Below, piece by piece: positions 9,505 to 18,439 of a stretch of DNA of 64,000 nt. Origin of the DNA: Patescibacteria group bacterium (GTDB lineage: Bacteria > Patescibacteriota > Minisyncoccia > Phycocordibacterales > BOKC01); contig JBBTWE010000001.1 in assembly GCA_038062955.1 (NCBI GenBank), positions 101,411 to 165,410 of the forward strand, read 5' to 3'. How positions within the stretch are numbered: position 1 is the stretch's first letter; each line of letters opens with the position of its first letter. Both the position numbers and the translations under genes were made by a program. The notes under the pieces were generated by a model. That model was not told the origin of the DNA. It saw nothing but the letters and a program-made list of their open reading frames with translations, and did no database searches.

Positions 9505-9687
9505 ATGACCATCCCAGACAAGGACAAGAAAGACAAGCATGTGAAGCTGGAGACGGACCAAGGAAGCCCAGTCTTTCAAGCTACGACACAGAAAGCAAAC
9601 GATCCACCCAAGAGTGATACCCATTCCTCCCCCAAAGTTGGGCGTGGTATCATGACCCCGGACGAGATGGCCGAGATCACGAGATAG
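9505..9687 (+). CDS. orphan small hydrophilic protein
   Basis: 60-aa GC-richer ORF between a promoter and a terminator at ~9714-9750. Confidence 0.55.
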   Translation: MTIPDKDKKDKHVKLETDQGSPVFQATTQKANDPPKSDTHSSPKVGRGIMTPDEMAEITR

Positions 9688-9841
9688 ATCTGGACCACAC
9701 TAGTGTCCCCACCCACCCTGCACAGTTTGACTGTTGCGGGGTGTTTTTTTATAAATATAATCATGAATCGTGTGTCTTGAATCTACTTTCGTGCTAGAAT
9801 AGTCGTAATTCTTTAATTAAAAACCTAGATTTTCCAATATT

Positions 9842-10477
9842 ATGGTTATTACTTACCACGGTTTAGAATTTTTTAAAGTGACTTTTGGCGACACAACGGT
9901 CGCTTTTAATCCGATTTCTAAATCTTCGAAATATAAATCAACTTCATTCGGCGCAGACATCGTTCTCTCTACTTTAAACGATGAAGATTTTAATGGCTCA
10001 AAAACTGCCGCAAGGGGAGATAAGGAACCATTTGTTATTTCTGGGCCCGGTGAATATGAATATAAAAATATTTTTATACAAGGGTATCCTTCTGAATCAA
10101 ATTATAAAAACAAAAAAAGAATAAATACTTTCTATAAGGTTTTACTTGAAGACACATCTCTGTGTTTTCTTGGGGCACTTAGCGGAGAGAAACTTACCGA
10201 TTACATGAAAGCCTTTGAAGGGGAAGTCGATGTGTTGTTTTTGCCAATCGGTGGTTCTGGAGTTTTAAATCCAGAAGAGGCTTATAAGCTCGCAGTCAGT
10301 TTAGAACCAAAAATCATTATTCCAATGCATTATGGTGAAGTTTCCGATAAAAATAGCCTAAAAACTTTTCTTAAAGAGTCTGGTAAAGAGAATTTAAAGA
10401 GCGTTGATAAATTGATGCTCAAAAAGAAAGATTTAATAGGTAAAGAAGGCGAAGTGGTTTTGTTGGCAGAAATTTAA
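9842..10477 (+). CDS. MBL-fold metallo-hydrolase-like protein
   Basis: ITYHG start, GPGEYE, DVLFLPIGG, PKIIIPMHY; the metal-binding HxHxDH is degenerate (STLNDEDF). Confidence 0.8.
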   Translation: MVITYHGLEFFKVTFGDTTVAFNPISKSSKYKSTSFGADIVLSTLNDEDFNGSKTAARGDKEPFVISGPGEYEYKNIFIQGYPSESNYKNKKRINTFYKVLLEDTSLCFLGALSGEKLTDYMKAFEGEVDVLFLPIGGSGVLNPEEAYKLAVSLEPKIIIPMHYGEVSDKNSLKTFLKESGKENLKSVDKLMLKKKDLIGKEGEVVLLAEI

Positions 10478-10616
10478 TAAATCAATAATTTATTTTGTGA
10501 GTTTATTGGGAATAGAATTTTCAATTTTCAATGACCAATTTTCATTTGATAATTGGGGTTTGAATCTTGATTGATAATTGGACATTGGTAATTGATAATT
10601 TGATCTTTTGTATCAT

Positions 10617-10955
10617 ATGTTTGATTTTTTTGAGAGACTTCGAAAAAAAACAAGACGTGAGAGGCAAATTTTTGCTTTGGTCTCTTCCTTGAGTGTTACC
10701 TTATTTATTTTTGGTCTCTGGGCTTTTTTGACGCTTCCAGAAAATTTAAGCAGTGTAACGGAAGAGAAGAAAAGTTCGGTAACCCCGATTGCTAATATAA
10801 AGAAAGGATTTGAGGGGGCATTTAAGTCGATTTCAAAAGAATTTTCTGATTTAAAAGAGAAATTATCGTCTTCTTTTGACCAAGAATTTGTTGCCCCAGA
10901 CACAGAAAAAAAAGACTTCAAAAACACTGTGGAAAATGATAAGCTAGAGAACTAA
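10617..10955 (+). CDS. single-TM hypothetical protein
   Basis: basic N-terminus, one TM helix and a soluble tail, upstream of gyrA; ATG at 10617. Confidence 0.7.
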   Translation: MFDFFERLRKKTRRERQIFALVSSLSVTLFIFGLWAFLTLPENLSSVTEEKKSSVTPIANIKKGFEGAFKSISKEFSDLKEKLSSSFDQEFVAPDTEKKDFKNTVENDKLEN

Positions 10956-10979
10956 GTTCTGAAGAAACTACCCAAATAT

Positions 10980-13436
10980 ATGCCAAAAAATAAAGACGAA
11001 GATAAACAAGTTGTCCGCGGAAGCAGCATAATTGCAAGAGATATAGTCTCCGAAATGAAGGAGTCTTATTTGGATTACGCGATGTCTGTCATCGCTTCCC
11101 GAGCCCTGCCGGATGTGCGTGACGGTCTTAAACCTGTGCACAGAAGAATTCTTTTTTCTATGCATGAAATTGGTCTCACCTCGAGCGCCAAAACCAGAAA
11201 ATGCGCCAAAATCACTGGAGACGTTACTGGTAATTATCATCCGCACGGAAGTGTTGCTGTTTATGAAGCGTTGGTAAAAATGGCCCAGGATTTTTCCATG
11301 AGATATCCCCTCGTTATTGGACAAGGAAATTTCGGATCAATCGACGGAGATAATGCGGCGGCAGAAAGGTATACAGAAGCAAAAATGTCCAAGGTGGCAA
11401 GCGAACTTCTCCGAGATCTTGATAAAGACACTGTGGGATGGAGACCTAATTACGAAGCTACCAGAGAAGAGCCAGTTGTTCTTCCAACCGCTGTTCCAAA
11501 TCTGCTTTTAAACGGTACTTTGGGAATTGCTGTCGGAATGGCAACTAATATTCCACCGCACAACTTGCGAGAAGTGACTGAAGCCGCTTCATATTTGATT
11601 GATAATAAAGAAGCTACGACCGAAGATTTGCTTAAATTTGTTAAAGGCCCAGATTTTCCTACTGGCGGAATAGCTTTTAACGACAAAGATATTCATCATG
11701 CTTATGCAACAGGTCGTGGCGGAGTAGTGGTGCGAGGCGAGGCAGAAATTGTTGAAAATAAAGCAGGACAATCACAGATTATTATTTCTTCCATTCCTTA
11801 TCGCGTTAATAAGTCGGATTTAATAGTCAAAATTGCTGATCTGGTCAGAGATAAAAAAATCGAGGGCATAAAAGGTCTTCGCGACGAATCGACCAAAGAC
11901 ATACGGGTTGTTATCGATCTTAAAACATCGGCCTATCCGGAAAATGTTCTGAATTATCTTTACAAACATACTCCTCTCGAGGAAACTTTTCATTACAATA
12001 CTGTTGCTCTGGTTGATGGCGCGCCACAAACACTTTCTCTAAAGGGATTGCTTGAAGAGTTCATCAAACATCGAAAAATAATTGTTCGCCGCAGGACAGA
12101 ATTTGATCTCCGAAAAGCGGAAGAAAGAGAACATATCTTGCTAGGCCTCAAAAAGGCTCTTGACCATATTGATAAGATCATAAAACTCATTAGAGCGGCT
12201 AAAGATGTTCAAGCGGCTAAAGCGAGTTTAATAAAAGAATTCAAATTCTCTGATATTCAAGCTACTGCTATTTTGGAAATGAAACTCCAAAAGTTGGCAG
12301 GTTTGGAACGCCAGAAAGTTGAAGATGATTTGCGTGACACCCAAAGCTTGATCAAAAAACTAAAAATCATTCTTGGAAGTCCAAAGATGATTTTAGATAT
12401 TATCAAAACAGAACTTCAAGAAATTGCCGCAAAATATGGTGATGATAGAAGAACAAAAATCATAAAAGGCGGAGTTAAAAACATGTCTCTTGAGGATTTA
12501 ATTCCGAATGAAGAGAATGCTCTTGTTCTAACTGCCGGCGGATACATCAAAAGGACAAAGCCTGATGAATTTAAAAAACAAAAAAGAGGGGGAGTAGGTG
12601 TTGTTGATTTGGATACTAAGGAAGAAGATTTTGTGACGAATCTACTCCGAGCAAATACTCACAGTGATATTCTTTTCTTTACTGATAAGGGTAAGGTCTA
12701 TCAGACCAAGATGTACGAATTGCCGGAAGGGAAGAGGGCAACTCGTGGTAAATCAATCATGAATTTTATTGCTCTCGCCGCGACTGACAAAATCACATCT
12801 ATTTTACCAGTGGAAGGATCTGCGATTGATCCAAACATGTCGGTTTTGATGATTACTCAAAATGGTATTGGGAAAAGAGTTAAAGCGGGAAGCTTCCAAG
12901 ACGTGAGACGAAGCGGAATTTTGGCTATAAACTTAAGCGAGGGTGATAGTCTGGTTTCGGTTGAACTCATAAGTCCAAAAGATGAAGCGGTGGTTGTAAC
13001 GGAGGGTGGACAGTCAATTCGATTTAAAGCGGGGGATCTGCGTGATATGGGACGTATTGCAGGCGGAGTTCGAGCAATAAAACTTTCTAAAGGAGATAAG
13101 GTAATCAGTGCTCAAGTTATAAAGAAAGAATACGAAAATCCTGAACTTTTGGTTATAAGCAGTAATGGTTATGGTAAGAAATCCCTGTTAAAAGAATATA
13201 AAAATCAAAAAAGAGGAGGTACTGGAATAAAAACCGCAAAGGTAACAGAAAAAACTGGCAATTTAATTTCAGCTAAGGTTATCAGTGATGAGGAAGAAAT
13301 TGTGGCAATTTCTCAAAAAAGTCAGGTGATAAGGGTGTCTTTGAGCGAAATTCCAGTTTTGGGACGTCAAACTCAAGGAGTCAGAATCATGAAGCTTAGA
13401 GAGAAAGATAAGATAGCCTCTTTGGTTTGCCTCTAG
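10980..13436 (+). CDS. gyrA: DNA gyrase subunit A
   Basis: [23 protein letters not shown] catalytic Tyr, GyrA box QKRGGVG, C-terminal pinwheel repeats. Confidence 0.98.
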   Translation: MPKNKDEDKQVVRGSSIIARDIVSEMKESYLDYAMSVIASRALPDVRDGLKPVHRRILFSMHEIGLTSSAKTRKCAKITGDVTGNYHPHGSVAVYEALVKMAQDFSMRYPLVIGQGNFGSIDGDNAAAERYTEAKMSKVASELLRDLDKDTVGWRPNYEATREEPVVLPTAVPNLLLNGTLGIAVGMATNIPPHNLREVTEAASYLIDNKEATTEDLLKFVKGPDFPTGGIAFNDKDIHHAYATGRGGVVVRGEAEIVENKAGQSQIIISSIPYRVNKSDLIVKIADLVRDKKIEGIKGLRDESTKDIRVVIDLKTSAYPENVLNYLYKHTPLEETFHYNTVALVDGAPQTLSLKGLLEEFIKHRKIIVRRRTEFDLRKAEEREHILLGLKKALDHIDKIIKLIRAAKDVQAAKASLIKEFKFSDIQATAILEMKLQKLAGLERQKVEDDLRDTQSLIKKLKIILGSPKMILDIIKTELQEIAAKYGDDRRTKIIKGGVKNMSLEDLIPNEENALVLTAGGYIKRTKPDEFKKQKRGGVGVVDLDTKEEDFVTNLLRANTHSDILFFTDKGKVYQTKMYELPEGKRATRGKSIMNFIALAATDKITSILPVEGSAIDPNMSVLMITQNGIGKRVKAGSFQDVRRSGILAINLSEGDSLVSVELISPKDEAVVVTEGGQSIRFKAGDLRDMGRIAGGVRAIKLSKGDKVISAQVIKKEYENPELLVISSNGYGKKSLLKEYKNQKRGGTGIKTAKVTEKTGNLISAKVISDEEEIVAISQKSQVIRVSLSEIPVLGRQTQGVRIMKLREKDKIASLVCL

Positions 13437-13514
13437 TAAACAAATAAGAAATAGTCTGTTCTTATGCCCAGACAGCTCTTTGCTGTATTGTAAATACATC
13501 TTATAATAGAAGGC

Positions 13515-14048
13515 ATGTTCACTAACCCTCAAAAAAATGTAGAACGATTTGAAATCATGCCTGGATATAAAGTGGCTGATTTGGGATCCGGTGCTGGTTT
13601 CTATGTCTTGAGCGCGGCTCGGTTGGTTGGTGATAGCGGTAGGGTTTACGCAGTAGATATTCAGAAAGAACTTTTATCAAAAACTAAAACAGACGCGACA
13701 AGCAAACATCTCACGAATGTGGAGGTGATTTGGGGCGATGTGGAAAAAATCGGAGGCACCAGACTCGCTGATTCTTCTATAGACACAGTTATTGCTTCAA
13801 ATATTTTATTTCAATTAGAAGACAAAGATTCATTTATAAAAGAAGTGAATAGAATCTTGAAACCAAAAAAGGGCAAAGCATATATCATCGATTGGGCTGA
13901 TTCTTTTGGTGGATTAGGTCCAGAAAATTCAGCTGTTGTAAGTCTCGCCTCTTCCAAAGAGATGTTTTTAAAAAATGGTTTTGAAGTTTATAAAGAATTA
14001 AAAGATGTTGGCGACCATCATTATGGGATTTCGTTTAAGAAAATTTAA
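13515..14048 (+). CDS. class I SAM-dependent methyltransferase
   Basis: VADLGSGAG motif I, VYAVDIQ, IIDW. Confidence 0.88.
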   Translation: MFTNPQKNVERFEIMPGYKVADLGSGAGFYVLSAARLVGDSGRVYAVDIQKELLSKTKTDATSKHLTNVEVIWGDVEKIGGTRLADSSIDTVIASNILFQLEDKDSFIKEVNRILKPKKGKAYIIDWADSFGGLGPENSAVVSLASSKEMFLKNGFEVYKELKDVGDHHYGISFKKI

Positions 14049-14052
14049 TGAA

Positions 14053-14191
14053 TCCCGTAGTAGAAAATGACATAACTCTTGTTTGTGAGAAATAATATCT
14101 TAGAAACAAGATTAAATCTGTATTATAATATAAGTGGTATTACAAATTAACCTAAAAATGGCGAGCAAATGATGTCATTTTTCACTACGGG
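14053..14191. mobile_element. CCCGTAGTAGA..TTCACTACGGG hairpin element (MITE/REPIN-like)
   Basis: 20-bp imperfect terminal inverted repeats; ATGAA directly repeated on both sides. Confidence 0.75.
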
Positions 14192-15487
14192 ATGAAAAAT
14201 ATCTCTAAATTTCAAATCGCAGTTCTAGGAATTTTTGGAGTTTTTATTATAGTGGGTATTTTAATTTTTGCGCTCGGAAAGACTGGAGGCGGAGGTTCCG
14301 TGGTCCCTCTTTTGGTTTGGGGAACAATGCCAAACACAGAGTTTTCAGAAGTTATTTCCAAGACTGGTCTAGATAAAAATGAAACCTTAAAAATAGATTA
14401 CGTTCAAAAAAGTAAGGACAATTTTGACATCGAATTCTTGGAGGCTCTGGCAAGCGGGATTGGCCCAGACTTGTTTTTTCTTAGTTCCGATTCTCTTTTA
14501 AAATATAAAGATCGAGTATTTGTTGTGCCATTTAGCAGTTTTTCGGAGGGGGATTTTACAAAATCTTTTATAGAAGGAGCAGAAGTTTTTCTTGTGGACG
14601 AGGGAGTCTCTGGTTTTCCTGTTTTGGTTGATCCTCTCGTGATGTATTGGAATAGAGACATTTTTAATTCAGAAGGTTTGGTCGCGCCGCCTCGTTTTTG
14701 GGATGAGATTTATAATTTAGCCACTAACCTCACTCACAGAGACTCTTCCTCTGAATTAACAAGAAGCGGTGTGGCTTTGGGTGAATACGGAAACGTGAGC
14801 AATGCCTTTGAAATTCTAAGCACTCTCATAATGCAAGCTGGAAACCCGATTACCAAACGAGTTTCAGGAGGAGTGCAAGTTGTGTTAAACCAAAAATTCA
14901 ATTTACCAACTTCACCAGCAGAACAATCTTTAAGTTTCTATACAGGATTTTCTAATTCAGATAAAACTTTTTATTCATGGAACCGATCTTTGCCTCGTTC
15001 AAGAGATTATTTCTTGTCCGGAGATTTGGGTGTTTATTTTGGTTTAGCTTCAGAACTTTTCGAATTGCGGGATAAAAATCCAAATTTGAACTTTGATGTT
15101 GCGATGATTCCACAAACAAAAGAAGTCGGTAAATCCGTTGTTTATGGCAGGGTAGAGGCTATAATGATAAACAAACAATCGCGCAATATCCCTTCAGCCT
15201 TTCTTCTAGCTAGAGCGCTTTCAGGTGATTTCGCAGTTTCGGCTTTAAGTAAAATCAAGTCTTTGCCCGGGACTCGCAGAGATTTGCTTTCCGAGAAGCC
15301 GGAACGGGCTTATATGGAAGTATTTTTTGCGAGCGCAATTATAGCTAAGCCTTGGCTAAGCCCTGATATGTCCGCAACCCGACTCATATTTAAAGATATG
15401 ATAGAATCTGTTACAGGAGGCAGAGCGCGCACAAGCGAAGCAGTGAACCGAGCTTATGTTGAATTAAACTCACTTTTAAGTTTTTAG
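14192..15487 (+). CDS. membrane-anchored extracellular solute-binding protein (sugar SBP family 1-like)
   Basis: N-terminal TM, LLVWG, ALASGIGPDLF, LVMYWNRDIF, PRFWDE. Confidence 0.85.
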   Translation: MKNISKFQIAVLGIFGVFIIVGILIFALGKTGGGGSVVPLLVWGTMPNTEFSEVISKTGLDKNETLKIDYVQKSKDNFDIEFLEALASGIGPDLFFLSSDSLLKYKDRVFVVPFSSFSEGDFTKSFIEGAEVFLVDEGVSGFPVLVDPLVMYWNRDIFNSEGLVAPPRFWDEIYNLATNLTHRDSSSELTRSGVALGEYGNVSNAFEILSTLIMQAGNPITKRVSGGVQVVLNQKFNLPTSPAEQSLSFYTGFSNSDKTFYSWNRSLPRSRDYFLSGDLGVYFGLASELFELRDKNPNLNFDVAMIPQTKEVGKSVVYGRVEAIMINKQSRNIPSAFLLARALSGDFAVSALSKIKSLPGTRRDLLSEKPERAYMEVFFASAIIAKPWLSPDMSATRLIFKDMIESVTGGRARTSEAVNRAYVELNSLLSF

Positions 15488-15494
15488 TTGGAAT

Positions 15495-15899
15495 ATGTAT
15501 TTATTACATAAAGAACACTATAAAATTATCACTGGCTTTTTTTTGTTGGCCATAATTTTTCTTTTACCACAATTATTATTCGCTCAAAGTCCAAGGGACA
15601 CTGGTTTATTGCCAGATTGCGGAGCAAATTGTGATTTCAACCATTTAATGGAACTGGCGAATAATATAATGCGTTTTATCATTATGGTTTCTATTCCGCT
15701 TACTGCCATCATTTTTTCTTATGCAGGCTTCCTTTATATAACGGCCGCTGGAAATGAGAGCCAAATCCATCATGCTCATGATATTTTTATAAAAGTTGCA
15801 ATCGGTTTCTTTTTTATTTTAGCCGCATGGCTTATTGTTTATCTCATTACCTCGACTTTGTTGGATCCAACATACACAACTATTTTGCAGAGTCGTTAA
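15495..15899 (+). CDS. VirB2/TrbC-like pilin 1
   Basis: signal peptide ending LFA|Q, Cys pair, YAGFLYITAAGN helix-loop-helix with two TMs. Confidence 0.8.
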   Translation: MYLLHKEHYKIITGFFLLAIIFLLPQLLFAQSPRDTGLLPDCGANCDFNHLMELANNIMRFIIMVSIPLTAIIFSYAGFLYITAAGNESQIHHAHDIFIKVAIGFFFILAAWLIVYLITSTLLDPTYTTILQSR

Positions 15900-15920
15900 A
15901 ATTTTAATCAAGACAAAAAA

Positions 15921-16334
15921 ATGATTACTTTCAAAAAAATTAAATCCTTTCCTTTCCTTTTTTCTTTTCTGATGTTGAGTTTTTTAATAATTATTCCGTT
16001 TGTGACCGTTTCTGCTCAAAGTCCAAGAGATCCTTGTCCTCCGGGAATAATTTGCTCTCCTTATCCACAGGATTTTACAATCGTATCTTTTCTAAACTTC
16101 ATCTTGGAAAATATTGTCTTACCAATTGGAGGTGTAATCGCTGTATTATTTTTGGTCTACGCTGGATTCCTTTTTGTGACTGCAAGGGGTAATGAAGAAC
16201 AACTCGAGCATGCCAAATCTACTTTAAAGTGGACAATTATAGGAATCGCTATTCTTTTTGGGTCTCTAGTAATTTCAAATGGCATAAAGGATACTATTTG
16301 CCAAATTGCAAATATTCCTAGTTTTTGTAGATGA
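15921..16334 (+). CDS. VirB2/TrbC-like pilin 2
   Basis: VSA|QSPRD, YAGFLFVTARGNEEQLEHAK..W..IG. Confidence 0.82.
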   Translation: MITFKKIKSFPFLFSFLMLSFLIIIPFVTVSAQSPRDPCPPGIICSPYPQDFTIVSFLNFILENIVLPIGGVIAVLFLVYAGFLFVTARGNEEQLEHAKSTLKWTIIGIAILFGSLVISNGIKDTICQIANIPSFCR

Positions 16335-16354
16335 TAATGGCTTTAAAATAACAA

Positions 16355-16750
16355 ATGACCAAAACAAAAAAAATAATCAGTTTGGTGTTTAAAATGAAAG
16401 GTCTTCTAGCACACGCCATGGTTTTTATATTTCCTCTTTTTGCGATGGCCCAACTTTCTCCTGGAACTCCCAGATCCCCATCAGATTTTGGAGATTTTAT
16501 AAGCATGATTTTGGGATTCATTTCCTATTTGATTCCCCTTCTTATAGCTATCGGACTCTTGGTATTTCTTTGGGGAATGGCTAAATTTATTTTACACGCC
16601 GAAGAAGACGAAAAAAGGGAAGAGGGTCGGCAGTTAATGATGTGGGGGGCAATTGGTCTTTTTGTCATGGTTTCTTTTTGGGGTCTAACGAAGATTCTGC
16701 TCGGAACTTTTGGCTTTGAATTCAGGTTTCCTAGATTGCGAACAAGTTAA
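16355..16750 (+). CDS. VirB2/TrbC-like pilin 3
   Basis: AMA|Q, FLWGMAKFI..EEGRQLMMWG. Confidence 0.8.
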   Translation: MTKTKKIISLVFKMKGLLAHAMVFIFPLFAMAQLSPGTPRSPSDFGDFISMILGFISYLIPLLIAIGLLVFLWGMAKFILHAEEDEKREEGRQLMMWGAIGLFVMVSFWGLTKILLGTFGFEFRFPRLRTS

Positions 16751-16754
16751 AATA

Positions 16755-17108
16755 ATGAAAAACTTTCTAAAAGCAACCCAATACTTTATTTTTTCCATGC
16801 TGTTTTTCCCTATGCTGGTTGGAGCGCAGTCAGGCGGAATTACCAGTTTACAACGTCTACTTCAAGTTGGAATGAGTTACATTTCTGTTCTTACAAGAAT
16901 AGTTGTGATTTTTGGTATCATATTTTTCTTTTGGGGTATGGCTTTATTTATTCTGCACGCTGAAGAAGAAGATAAAGAAGAAGATAAAAAAAAGATGCTC
17001 TGGAGCATCATTGCGATAACTGTAATGTTTGCTATCTGGGGCATTATAAAATTTTTTCAAATAGCTTTTTTCGGTAGCATATTCCCAGGTGCTCCGTCAG
17101 GCCTTTAA
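16755..17108 (+). CDS. VirB2/TrbC-like pilin 4
   Basis: ATG at 16755; VGA|QSGG, FFWGMALFI..KKMLWS..IWGII. Confidence 0.8.
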   Translation: MKNFLKATQYFIFSMLFFPMLVGAQSGGITSLQRLLQVGMSYISVLTRIVVIFGIIFFFWGMALFILHAEEEDKEEDKKKMLWSIIAITVMFAIWGIIKFFQIAFFGSIFPGAPSGL

Positions 17109-17125
17109 TTAAATAAAAAAATATT

Positions 17126-17446
17126 ATGAATGGTCCTTTACCTGATGTTGGTTATGTATCACTACTTAATTTTGAGGAATTTCTTGGAAATTTAGTTCCA
17201 GTAATTTTTGTTTTGGCCTTTGTCTTTTTTTTGTGGGGATTAGCTAAATTTATCCTTCATTCAGGAGAAGAAGAAGCAAAAGAAGAAGGAAAGAGAATTA
17301 TGTTTTGGGGTATCGTAGGCCTAGTCATTATGTTTGGAATTTGGGGGATAGTATATTTTTTACTTGATGTATTGTTTGGATCCGGCCCCTTCCAAGGTTC
17401 TAATCAAACTATTGAGATTCCTAATTTTCCCACACGAGTACCTTAA
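17126..17446 (+). CDS. VirB2/TrbC-like pilin 5 (no obvious signal peptide)
   Basis: FLWGLAKFI..EEEAKEEGKRIMFWG. Confidence 0.8.
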   Translation: MNGPLPDVGYVSLLNFEEFLGNLVPVIFVLAFVFFLWGLAKFILHSGEEEAKEEGKRIMFWGIVGLVIMFGIWGIVYFLLDVLFGSGPFQGSNQTIEIPNFPTRVP

Positions 17447-17519
17447 AAATTAAAAACCAGTGACTTGTAACAAGTAACTTGTGACTGATTGGTTGGTTTC
17501 TTTATGCACAGGAGAAACA

Positions 17520-17548
17520 TTGATTATTTAACGTTTACGTAGTATCAT
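17520..17548 (+). promoter_or_regulatory. internal promoter for pilin 6
   Basis: TTGATT-N17-TATCAT in the only long intergenic gap of the array. Confidence 0.5.
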
Positions 17549-17615
17549 TTTGATTATTAAATATAAGGTCGCATTATAAGTTTATAAAGCATTATTATTA
17601 AAAAATAACTAAATT

Positions 17616-17978
17616 ATGAGTAAAAGATTTGTATTTTTATCAAGCGCGCTAGCTTTGGTTGCCACATCGCCATTTTTTGCTTCGGCCCAATTAAATTTTG
17701 GAACATTAACAACCACTCTAGACCGTTTCAAGGATGTTCTTGGCACACTAACAACAGTTATCATAGCTTTGGCTTTGATATTCTTTTTCTGGGGTCTTGC
17801 AAAATTTATTCTTGCTGCTGGTGAAGAAGAAGCAAAAGAAGAAGGAAAGAGAATTATGTTTTGGGGTATTCTTGCTTTCGTTATAATGATCGGTATTTGG
17901 GGAATTGTTAATTTCCTTATAGGCGCCTTCGGTATAACAGGTACTACAGCTCCTAATCTCCCTCAAGTTCCAAGATAA
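17616..17978 (+). CDS. VirB2/TrbC-like pilin 6 (candidate major pilin)
   Basis: ASA|QLN, FFWGLAKFI..EEEAKEEGKRIMFWG. Confidence 0.82.
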   Translation: MSKRFVFLSSALALVATSPFFASAQLNFGTLTTTLDRFKDVLGTLTTVIIALALIFFFWGLAKFILAAGEEEAKEEGKRIMFWGILAFVIMIGIWGIVNFLIGAFGITGTTAPNLPQVPR

Positions 17979-17999
17979 TATAATTTACGATAAATCTAA

Positions 18000-18260
18000 G
18001 TGTTGCCAATAATCTACAAGATAAACGAGTTTATAGTGAACCCTATTATCTATCTTATGATAGGGGTGTCTGTGGTCGTTTTTCTGTGGGGGATTGTTGA
18101 GTTTATCGCCAAGTTCGATAGTGAAGAAGTTAAAGAACGTGGTAAAAGAAATATGTTTTGGGGTCTTATCGGAATGTTTATAATGTTTGGAGTTTTCGGA
18201 ATCATCAGGCTAATTTTAGGAACATTTGCTATCACTCCGATCGAACTCCTGACCCAATAG
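18000..18260 (+). CDS. VirB2/TrbC-like pilin 7
   Basis: FLWGIVEFI..KERGKRNMFWGLIG. Confidence 0.78.
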   Translation: MLPIIYKINEFIVNPIIYLMIGVSVVVFLWGIVEFIAKFDSEEVKERGKRNMFWGLIGMFIMFGVFGIIRLILGTFAITPIELLTQ

Positions 18261-18284
18261 AACTAAAAAATTGAAATTAAAATT

Positions 18285-18316
18285 AAAAACCACCACGTCA
18301 GACGTGGTGGTTTTTA
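18285..18316 (+). terminator. intrinsic terminator of the pilin array
   Basis: AAAAACCACCACGTC-A-GACGTGGTGGTTTTT. Confidence 0.75.
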
Positions 18317-18335
18317 ATTTGTTGGGTAAATAAAA

Positions 18336-18401
18336 CCCCGTAGTGAATTTTGGCATAGCAACTTCGTTGCGGGAGCAATAATGTCAAAATCTACTACGGG
18401 G
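18336..18401. mobile_element. CCCGTAG hairpin element
   Basis: CCCCGTAGTGAATTTTGGCAT..ATGTCAAAATCTACTACGGGG flanked by TAAAA direct repeats. Confidence 0.75.
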
Positions 18402-18439
18402 TAAAAAAAGCGGCAGAGAATTGAATCCTCCGCCGCTCG

